A stretch of DNA of 32,000 bases. Source: Opitutia bacterium KCR 482. GTDB lineage: Bacteria > Verrucomicrobiota > Verrucomicrobiia > Opitutales > Intestinicryptomonadaceae. The notes beneath the pieces are model-generated. The model did no database searches and was not told the origin of the DNA. It saw only the letters and a program-made list of their open reading frames with translations. This document shows positions 7,479 through 14,408 of the stretch, piece after piece. How positions within the stretch are numbered: position 1 is the stretch's first letter; every line of letters starts with the position of its first letter. The stretch is from assembly GCA_029269845.2 (NCBI GenBank), contig CP149973.1, positions 1,350,001-1,382,000 of the forward strand, read 5' to 3'. Position numbers and translations under genes: made by a program.

Positions 7479-10118
7479 ATGAAAGCGAATTCTGTGTGTG
7501 TGGCATTGATGTCCGCGTTTTTTTTGTGCGGGTGTAATTTTTTCTCCAAAGGAGTGGAGGACGGCAACGACGCAAAGACAACCTGCAAAGTTCGGCAAGT
7601 CAACGGCGTGCCGCAGATTGTTTTAAACGGCAAGCCTGTGCGGCCGCGAATGTTGTACGTTTCGCCGTTATATTTCAAAATGGGGTCGCCGATTAAAAGA
7701 GACGCGTATCCAGAGCTTACGGAAACGTTCGTCGAAATCTTGCCGCTTGAAAAAAACGCGGACGGGGTGCGGATTCAGCTCGAATTCGACGGACGGTTCG
7801 ACTGCAAAATCTACGCGCTGGAAGTTTCGCAAGCCGACGGCGGCGCAAAGGTTTTTTCGCTCGAACGCGGCGCTTCGATTGAGAAAAGCGGCGGCAGGAA
7901 TTTGAATGCGGAATTCGTTGCGGAAACGGAGGGAGAGCAAAGCTATTTACACGCGAAATCCGACGCGGGAGTTTCGAAAATCGCATTCGGAAACGTCGAT
8001 TTTAAGGCGGGCAAAAAATACCGCATAGACATAAAAATAAAGTCCGACAAAAAAACGGACTTCAAATTGTATACGACTCTCGGAGGGGATTTCTTCGAGC
8101 CCGTGCACCGTTCGTTTGTCGGGCTTCAAACCAAATTGGCAAAAGACGCCGGCGTCGATTTTATAACCTTTCCCGTTCAGGCCGCGGATTTTATGCCGGA
8201 AGACGGCAAGTCTTATAACACGGAAAACCTCAAAGGCGCGCTCGACGAGATATTGGGCGCGAATCCGAATGCGAAAATCATTGTGCGCGTTCGTTGTTAT
8301 CCGCCAGACTGGTGGATGAAAAAATATCCGCAGGACGCGCTTCAATCCATAGACGGCAAGGTTTGCGACAAGTTTCCCGGCATGGGCAGCCCGTTCTCTC
8401 CGCGTTTTAGAGCCGACATCGCGAAGGCTTTGGGCGCGGTTATCGATTTTTGCGAAGGATACTGCGGCAACAACATTGCGGGGTATCACCCGGGCGGGGC
8501 AAATTCGTGCGAATGGTTTTATCCCGATACCCGCGATACGGATTGGGTGGGCTACGAGCCGTCGGCTCAGCAATCCTGGCGCGAATGGCTGACGCGAAAA
8601 TACGGAACCGACGCCGCGCTGCAAAAGGCTTGGAACGACCCGTCGGCAACCTTGGCAACCGCGAAAGTTCCGTCGCCGAAGGAGCGGCTTTCGGCGTTTT
8701 GCATTGTCGATCCGAAAACGCAGATGAAACTTTTCGACTGCAATATGTTTAGGCAGGACTCTATGGTTGAGACGATTCTTACTCTCGCAAAAATTATTCG
8801 CCAAAAAACGCCGGAAAAGTTGTCGCTTGCTTTTTACGGGTACATAACGATTGGCGAATGGAAGGGCGCCGCCAACCCCGGACACTTCGGGTTGATGAAG
8901 GTTTTGAACTCGCCCGATGTCGACATTTTATGCGGCCCTCTTTCGTATCACGATACGCGCAATCTCGGCTATGGCGGAATGACTCCGAGTTCGACAGAAA
9001 CAATAACGCGTTCGGGCAAGCTTTGGATTTGGGAGGACGACATCAGAACGTATCGCGTGCCTCCAACGCAGCAAAAAATAACGGCGTTGGGCAAAGAGCT
9101 TAGGACGCTCGAAGACACGCTTAGCGTTCTCCAGCGCGATATGGCTCAGCAGGTTGTGCGCAACAACGGATGCTGGTGGATGGATCTCGCAGGCACCGGC
9201 TGGTTTGACGACCCAAAGCTTTGGACGCTTATGCCCGAGTTTGCCGCAGTCGACAACGACTTGCTTGAAAATCCCGTCGAATACAATCCCGACATCGCGA
9301 TTATTTTGGACGAGCGTTCCGTCTGTTTCGGCGGCGCGAATTATACGAATTTGCGCACGATGTTGTCTTCGACCGATTCCCGCAAGATTCTCACCGACTG
9401 TGCGGTCTCGTTCGGAAGTTTCCTGCTTGACGACGTTCTTTTCGGGCGTCCGTATGCGCCGCGTCTGTCGATTTTTGCGGTCTCGTGTGCGCTCGACGCG
9501 AAACAACGCAGGGCGATTCGCCAAAAGGTTGCCGACTCGGGCGCGATTTTCGTTTGGGCGACGGGATTGATTGACGTGGAAAAAAGCGAATTCTCGCTTG
9601 CGGGCGTCTCGGAAGCCACGGGGTTTGATGTCGAATATGTAAAGGGAGGGTTGCTGCCGATGTTGGTTGAACCCACTGCCGAAGGCCGCAAAATGGGGCT
9701 TGTTAAGTTCGGAAGCAGCGCGAAGACTTCGCCGCTGTTGACGCCGATTCTCAAAGACGGCGATAAGGTTTTAGGCGTCTATCCCAATGGGCAACCCGCG
9801 CTTGTTTTACGCGGAAAACATTTGTTCTGCGGCAGCGGGGTTCTTCCCGAGGAAGCCATAAGGCTTATGTTTAAGGTTGCGGGAGTTCGCGAATATTCGA
9901 ATCAAAAACTGTCTGTTTTTGCCAATGAACCGTATATCTCAATAACATGCACGGACGACGACAGAAATCCGCACGATATTGCGCTGAATTTGCACTCCGA
10001 CAAGGAAGTTTTTGATGCGCTTTCGGGCAAGCGTTTAGGCAAAGGTCCGTTCATTACGCTAAAAATGAAACGCGGCGACAACAGGCTTCTCCGCCTCGGC
10101 AATTTAAAATGTCGGTAA
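7479..10118 (+). CDS. Large lipoprotein, putative GH42/GH35-like TIM-barrel glycoside hydrolase with an N-terminal beta-sandwich (CBM-like) region
   Basis: The signal peptide has a lipobox-like LCGC (MKANSVCVALMSAFFLCGC). The central region SAQQSWREWLTRKYGTDAALQKAWNDPSATL resembles the conserved W..WL..KYG....L..AW segment of GH42-type beta-galactosidases. The C-terminal third is alpha/beta and beta-sandwich-like. The family call is made by eye, not by HMM. Confidence 0.55.
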   Translation: MKANSVCVALMSAFFLCGCNFFSKGVEDGNDAKTTCKVRQVNGVPQIVLNGKPVRPRMLYVSPLYFKMGSPIKRDAYPELTETFVEILPLEKNADGVRIQLEFDGRFDCKIYALEVSQADGGAKVFSLERGASIEKSGGRNLNAEFVAETEGEQSYLHAKSDAGVSKIAFGNVDFKAGKKYRIDIKIKSDKKTDFKLYTTLGGDFFEPVHRSFVGLQTKLAKDAGVDFITFPVQAADFMPEDGKSYNTENLKGALDEILGANPNAKIIVRVRCYPPDWWMKKYPQDALQSIDGKVCDKFPGMGSPFSPRFRADIAKALGAVIDFCEGYCGNNIAGYHPGGANSCEWFYPDTRDTDWVGYEPSAQQSWREWLTRKYGTDAALQKAWNDPSATLATAKVPSPKERLSAFCIVDPKTQMKLFDCNMFRQDSMVETILTLAKIIRQKTPEKLSLAFYGYITIGEWKGAANPGHFGLMKVLNSPDVDILCGPLSYHDTRNLGYGGMTPSSTETITRSGKLWIWEDDIRTYRVPPTQQKITALGKELRTLEDTLSVLQRDMAQQVVRNNGCWWMDLAGTGWFDDPKLWTLMPEFAAVDNDLLENPVEYNPDIAIILDERSVCFGGANYTNLRTMLSSTDSRKILTDCAVSFGSFLLDDVLFGRPYAPRLSIFAVSCALDAKQRRAIRQKVADSGAIFVWATGLIDVEKSEFSLAGVSEATGFDVEYVKGGLLPMLVEPTAEGRKMGLVKFGSSAKTSPLLTPILKDGDKVLGVYPNGQPALVLRGKHLFCGSGVLPEEAIRLMFKVAGVREYSNQKLSVFANEPYISITCTDDDRNPHDIALNLHSDKEVFDALSGKRLGKGPFITLKMKRGDNRLLRLGNLKCR

Positions 10119-10173
10119 TTGGCGCGATTGGCATTGCCAATGCGCTTTGCACGCGCGTTCTCGCGCTCAAGCC

Positions 10174-10285
10174 CGCGAAAGCAAACCGCCCTCCCCGCAA
10201 TACCCCGCCGAAATATTGGCGGATTGCCGAAGTTTTTTATGATGCCTCGCGGGGGGGGGCGAGAGATTTAAAATCTTATTTTTTT
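10174..10285 (+). repeat. Diverged fourth copy of the core of the 6929-7444 repeat family
   Basis: AAGCAAACCGcccTCCCCGCAatACCCCGCcgaaatatTGGCGGATTGCCGAaGTTTTTTAT aligns with the unit segment AAGCAAACCGt-TCCCCGCAgaACCCCGCtgggaagtTGGCGGATTGCCGAgaGGTTTTTAT. As in the unit, a GC hairpin follows, then AGATTT and a T-rich tract. Confidence 0.7.
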
Positions 10286-10368
10286 ATTGTCCATTTTTAT
10301 TTCCCTCTGCTATCGCTTTTATTTTTGCGTTGCATAAACGGGGCAATGGGAGTTCATTCGGAGACATC

Positions 10369-11199
10369 ATGAGAAGGACATTTTTTTTGTTTCTTACGGT
10401 TTCCGTTTTATTTGCCAATTTGCTTCACGCCGAGCGCGCCGAGAGAAAGGTCGGCATTCAGACTTTCACGTTTGCAAAGCAGACGATAGAGGAGCTTTTA
10501 CCGCTTGTCCGCGAATGCGGTGTTGACGCTATCGGGCTTTCGCGTCATGCGCTCTCGAAGAAGTATCCCGACGCGATGGTTGAGCCGTCGATGTCGGACG
10601 AACAAAAGGCGTTCCTCAAAAAGATTCTTGCCGACAACAAAATCAAGGTGGTTTCCTACGGCGTTTCGACTCCCACGACCGAAAACGCAATCCGCAAGCT
10701 GCTTTCGTTTGTCAAGGAGTTCGGCGCGGACACCGTCATTGCCGAGCCGTCCGCCGACAAGCTTCCCCTCTGGAACAAGCTTTGCGCCGAGTACGGAATG
10801 AAAGTCGCCGTCCACAACCACGGCAAGGACGCCAAGCGCAATGCGGCGTTTTCGGACCCGAAGTTTGTGGCATCGATGATTGCCGACTATCCCAATGTCT
10901 ACGCCTGTCCCGACACAGGGCACTGGGGGCGTTCGGGCGTCAATGCGGTCGAGGGTTTCAAGACGTTCGAAAACAAAATCGGCATCGTCCATTTCCGCGA
11001 CATGAGTGCGTACGGGCTTTCCGCCTACGACGTTCCCTTCGGCACGGGCGCGATGAACGTAGACGCCATGCTTGCCGAACTTGACCGCCAGAAGTTCGAC
11101 GGCTGGCTTTTGCTTGAATACATCGGCTGGTGGAAGAACACGCCCGCGCAGAAGCTCGACGAGGTAAAGCGGAGTGTCGAGTATCTCAAAGCGCATTAA
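10369..11199 (+). CDS. Secreted sugar phosphate isomerase/epimerase-like protein (xylose isomerase-like TIM barrel, AP-endonuclease-2 fold)
   Basis: From ATG 10369 the signal peptide reads MRRTFFLFLTVSVLFANLLHA. The pattern ..VGIQTFTF..AVHNHG..PDTGHW..VHFRD..LLLEY.. matches the metal-binding strand ends of this fold. The track's start at 10330 adds 13 non-signal residues and seems less likely. Confidence 0.7.
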   Translation: MRRTFFLFLTVSVLFANLLHAERAERKVGIQTFTFAKQTIEELLPLVRECGVDAIGLSRHALSKKYPDAMVEPSMSDEQKAFLKKILADNKIKVVSYGVSTPTTENAIRKLLSFVKEFGADTVIAEPSADKLPLWNKLCAEYGMKVAVHNHGKDAKRNAAFSDPKFVASMIADYPNVYACPDTGHWGRSGVNAVEGFKTFENKIGIVHFRDMSAYGLSAYDVPFGTGAMNVDAMLAELDRQKFDGWLLLEYIGWWKNTPAQKLDEVKRSVEYLKAH

Positions 11200-11222
11200 G
11201 GCGTCGGCGGAATTTGCGAAAG

Positions 11223-11255
11223 CGGGGGAGCGGCGAACCGTTCCCCCGTTTTTTT
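11223..11255 (+). terminator. Rho-independent terminator after the TIM-barrel gene
   Basis: CGGGGGAGCGG-cgaa-CCGTTCCCCCG forms an 11-bp stem including one G-U pair, with a CGAA tetraloop (11223-11248). A T7 run follows (11249-11255). Confidence 0.8.
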
Positions 11256-11273
11256 GCGGCGTTTGCGCGTGCG

Positions 11274-13520
11274 TTATTTGACGATTATCGAATAGTCGCC
11301 TTTGGGCAGTTCGAAAGTGCGTTTGCCGTTTACGGTTTTTTCGGAAACGGTTTTGCCGTTTACGCGCAGGGTTTTGCCGCTGCAAAATTCGGGGAGGGAA
11401 ACGACTGCGAGCGTCGGCACCGACACGTCCATGATGAACGCCGAACCGTCGCGCACGAATGACGATTTCACTTCGCCCGAAACGGTTTGGAAGCCCAGCG
11501 ACGCCCGTTTGAAATTTGCGGGCTGCGGTTCTACCGCAAATTTTTTCCATGCGGGTTCGAGCGGGCGGAGTCCGCAGAGTTCCGACGAAATCACCGTGAT
11601 TGCTCCGCCGCTCCATGCGTGGTTTACTGAGCCGCCCCCGAAGCCGTCCTTTTCCCAGCCCTCGAAGAGCGTTGTATAGCGCGGGTCGTCCACCATTTTC
11701 TTGAAGCGTTCCTCCGCCCTGTCGAGCGCGTAGCCGCCGTGTCCCATTTTAAACAGAGCCTCCATGACGTATTTTTCCATGTAGGGGCTTGCGTGTTTTT
11801 GGGTTTTGAAGACCTTGAAAATTGCGTCGTATTTCGATTTGTCGGCGATGCCCGAAATCACGGCGAGCGCGTGGACGCGGTCGTCGGTTTCGCCGTTGTA
11901 TTCGGGGTGTCTGTACGCCGTGCCGTTCCAGCATTTTTCGAAGCCCGCCTTAACTTTTTGCATTGTTTGGCGGTAGGTTTTTGCGTCGTCGGGTAAGCCC
12001 AAAAGTTCCGCCATGTTCGCGGCGGCGGCGAGTGCGATATAATGCCAGCCCGCAAGAATCAGGCGTTTGTCGCGGTTTTCGCCCCAGTCGCCCCAGCTCC
12101 AGCCGCCTTTGCGGAATTCGGTAAGCCCAGTGGAATCGAGCGTCCAGAGGGAGAGGTATTTTTTGACTGCGGGATACGCGAATTTGACAGTGTCGGCGTC
12201 GCCCGTGTTCATGTAGTAGTTCCAGAATCCGTATTTGCCGATTGACGCGAGCATTTGTCCGGGAAGTTCGCTGGTGTAGTTGCCGGGAATCGGCGCGAAC
12301 AGCGAGCCGTCGGGCCTTTGCCAGCTCACGAGCTGGCGGATTGCCTTGCGGGTGAGCGCGTTTACCGACGGCGTGTAGGTGTAAAAGCTTTCGCCCGAAA
12401 GAATCACGACGTCGCCCCACCACTGGGCGCGTTCGCGGTCGGGGCAGTCGAAGTATGTGTCGCGCATGTTGACGTACAGAGTGTTCAGCCCCTTTTGCCA
12501 GAAGCGCATGAAGAACGGGTTGTCGCACGAAAATTTACCCGAAACTTCGGTGTCGTAGCCCGATTCCCGCGCCTCGATTTTTTTCACGTCTACATACCGC
12601 GGAAATTTCAAGACTATTTCGTGCCCGTTGAGCCAGCCCACCGATTCGTATGTCTGCAAGCCTTTCTTTGTGATGTATTCGGCGCGGAGACAGTTGTCGC
12701 CGCCCGTGAACGCGTGGTCGGTTTCGACGGACACGAGCGAGTTTCCGACGGGGTCGTAGACGGTGATAATCGGCGTCATCTGCATGTTGTACGGAAGTTT
12801 TGCCACTGCCGTGCCGCCAAGCCACGATTTCTTGGCCGTAAATTGAAGCTCTATCGGCTTGCGCAGTTTCCATTGCGGAATGGGGCGTTTTTCGGCGGCG
12901 TTCCACGGAGCGCAGCCCAATTTGCCGTACTCGCGCGATTTTTTGAAGGCGAATTTTTCGGAAAGGTCGTCGCGCGTTTGCCAGTTTTCCATATCCCTGT
13001 TTGCGTCGAACTGCAAGTTTGATTCCGACAGCCGGAAGTTCGGGAACGGCGCGCCCGCTGTGCCGTAGGCGGGGTGGACTCGCGAAAGCCAGTCCGCGGA
13101 GGTGTCGAAATCGGCAATTTCGCCGCCGTCAATGTACAGCCCCGATTTCCCGCTGCTTTTGTGCGAGAATCCGTCTTTGCCGAAGTACCAAAGCAGAACG
13201 GCGACGCGGTTTTTGCCCGATTTCAGGAATGGCGCGATGTCGATTTCGTCGTAGTAGCCGTCGGCGGGATTCGGGCCGCGTTTTAGCCCGCCCTCGAAGA
13301 CCGCGAGCTTGCCGTTTACCCAGAGCCAGTATTTGCTGTCGGCGGCGATTTTGAGTTTTGCCGACGCGGGCGTTTCCGCAAGTTCCGCGTCTTTTCTGAA
13401 CGCAATCCAAGTGTTGAACGCGTCGGCGGTGAAATCGTCGGCGGAAATCCATTTTGCGGACTCGCCTCCGAAAATAGCGCACGCGGAAAGAAGCAGAATG
13501 CATAAAAACGTCTTTTTCAT
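11274..13520 (-). CDS. GH78-family alpha-L-rhamnosidase-like glycoside hydrolase, secreted and possibly a lipoprotein
   Basis: The signal peptide ends in the lipobox-like LSAC (MKKTFLCILLLSAC). The N-terminal region (AKWISADD..KYWLWVNGK) resembles the rhamnosidase N-domain. The motif FDCPDRERAQWWGD matches the DCPxRE(R/K)xxWxGD hallmark of the GH78 (alpha/alpha)6 catalytic domain. Length is 748 aa. Confidence 0.75.
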   Translation of the reverse strand: MKKTFLCILLLSACAIFGGESAKWISADDFTADAFNTWIAFRKDAELAETPASAKLKIAADSKYWLWVNGKLAVFEGGLKRGPNPADGYYDEIDIAPFLKSGKNRVAVLLWYFGKDGFSHKSSGKSGLYIDGGEIADFDTSADWLSRVHPAYGTAGAPFPNFRLSESNLQFDANRDMENWQTRDDLSEKFAFKKSREYGKLGCAPWNAAEKRPIPQWKLRKPIELQFTAKKSWLGGTAVAKLPYNMQMTPIITVYDPVGNSLVSVETDHAFTGGDNCLRAEYITKKGLQTYESVGWLNGHEIVLKFPRYVDVKKIEARESGYDTEVSGKFSCDNPFFMRFWQKGLNTLYVNMRDTYFDCPDRERAQWWGDVVILSGESFYTYTPSVNALTRKAIRQLVSWQRPDGSLFAPIPGNYTSELPGQMLASIGKYGFWNYYMNTGDADTVKFAYPAVKKYLSLWTLDSTGLTEFRKGGWSWGDWGENRDKRLILAGWHYIALAAAANMAELLGLPDDAKTYRQTMQKVKAGFEKCWNGTAYRHPEYNGETDDRVHALAVISGIADKSKYDAIFKVFKTQKHASPYMEKYVMEALFKMGHGGYALDRAEERFKKMVDDPRYTTLFEGWEKDGFGGGSVNHAWSGGAITVISSELCGLRPLEPAWKKFAVEPQPANFKRASLGFQTVSGEVKSSFVRDGSAFIMDVSVPTLAVVSLPEFCSGKTLRVNGKTVSEKTVNGKRTFELPKGDYSIIVK

Positions 13521-13588
13521 TTTTTGTAAGAAATTATTGATATTTGTTGGATAGCCGAAAGTCTACACCGCTTCTCGGATATTAAAAG

Positions 13589-13626
13589 AAAAAAATGCGC
13601 GGCAGGCGTCGGCGGCGTTCTGCGCC
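13589..13626 (-). terminator. Possible terminator downstream of surE
   Basis: An imperfect GC-rich hairpin (core GCAG 13602-13605 with CTGC 13620-13623, plus flanking G/C pairs with bulges) is followed on the minus strand by a T7 run (A-run 13589-13595 on the plus strand). Confidence 0.35.
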
Positions 13627-13658
13627 CCTCCGAAAGCGGGACGGGAAAAGAAGCGCGT

Positions 13659-14408
13659 CTACCTTATTTTGATTTTCGAGAAGCAGGCAATCGACTTGTC
13701 GAGGCATTCGACATCGGTGAGTTCCCCGTTTGCGCCGACAGAGCCGAGGCTGTACGAGAACCTGAATTTTCCGTCGTCGCCGCGCGTGTAGACCGAGCGC
13801 AAATCGACGCCCGCAGGCTTGCACTCCGCAAACGGCGTCTGCCGCGTGTATTTTATCGGGTAGTTGACATTCACTACAACCCCCGCGCCGCATTCGCCCT
13901 TTGAAAGCATGTCCACAATGAACTGCGCGGCGTGTTCGGAAGCCGCCTCTATGTTGCGCAAAAGCGGTTCGGGAGCCGCGCCGTGGCGCAGTCTGCAATA
14001 TTCGTAGTAGACTTTTTCAAGCCGCATCGAAAACGCGAACGCGGGCAGTCCCCAGCCCGCGCCCTCGACGGCGGCGGCAAATGTTCCGCTGCTCCAAAGA
14101 AGCGGCATCGCCACATTCTGCCCGATATTCAAGCCCGAAATTACGGCGTCGGGAGGCTCGGCGCAAAGGTGTCCGAGGGCTATGTTTACGCAGTCGGCGG
14201 GCGTGCCCGAAACCGTCTGGCAGTCGAGTCCGAAGAAGTCGCGCGGTTGGGCTTCAAGCTCGGAATGGCGGCTGTACGCCCTGCCTATCCAGCTGCGCTC
14301 GCCCGACGGCACGACTATTTTCAAGTCGGCAACTTTTGCGAGGGCGCGCGCGAACGCGGGCAGAAAGGGCGAGTCAAGCCCGTCGTCGTTAGATAGCAGC
14401 AGTCTCAT
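13659..14408 (-). CDS. surE: 5'/3'-nucleotidase SurE
   Basis: MRLLLSNDDGLDSPFL.. is the canonical SurE N-terminal DD(G) metal site, and the 249 aa length fits. The ATG at 14408 overlaps the upstream gene's 3' end by 20 nt. Confidence 0.9.
   Translation of the reverse strand: MRLLLSNDDGLDSPFLPAFARALAKVADLKIVVPSGERSWIGRAYSRHSELEAQPRDFFGLDCQTVSGTPADCVNIALGHLCAEPPDAVISGLNIGQNVAMPLLWSSGTFAAAVEGAGWGLPAFAFSMRLEKVYYEYCRLRHGAAPEPLLRNIEAASEHAAQFIVDMLSKGECGAGVVVNVNYPIKYTRQTPFAECKPAGVDLRSVYTRGDDGKFRFSYSLGSVGANGELTDVECLDKSIACFSKIKIR

Noticed and set aside
6882-7598. ORFs inside the tandem repeat: a 238-aa minus-strand ORF, a 153-aa plus-strand ORF (6991-7452), and twin 61-aa hydrophobic ORFs (7049-7234 and 7262-7447).
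   Set aside because: All three plus-strand frames and one minus-strand frame are open simply because the T-rich repeat lacks stop codons. The few differences between repeat copies are almost all non-synonymous and include a frame-breaking indel. The starts are TTG with no ribosome-binding context. A non-coding interpretation is preferred, though a small membrane peptide cannot be strictly excluded.
10128-10142. A sigma54-type promoter reading of TGGCATTGCCAATGC (GG-N10-GC spacing).
   Set aside because: The -12 element is weak (ATGC rather than TTGCA/T). No enhancer-binding protein gene is nearby. The second copy of the palindrome at 24773-24787 does not fit the sigma54 spacing, so the palindrome interpretation is simpler.
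12334-12345. The 12-mer TGGCGGATTGCC, matching the repeat core, occurs inside the GH78-like gene.
   Set aside because: It is in-frame coding sequence (..RKAIRQLVSW.. on the minus strand) and no flanking similarity to the repeat exists. It is a chance match.
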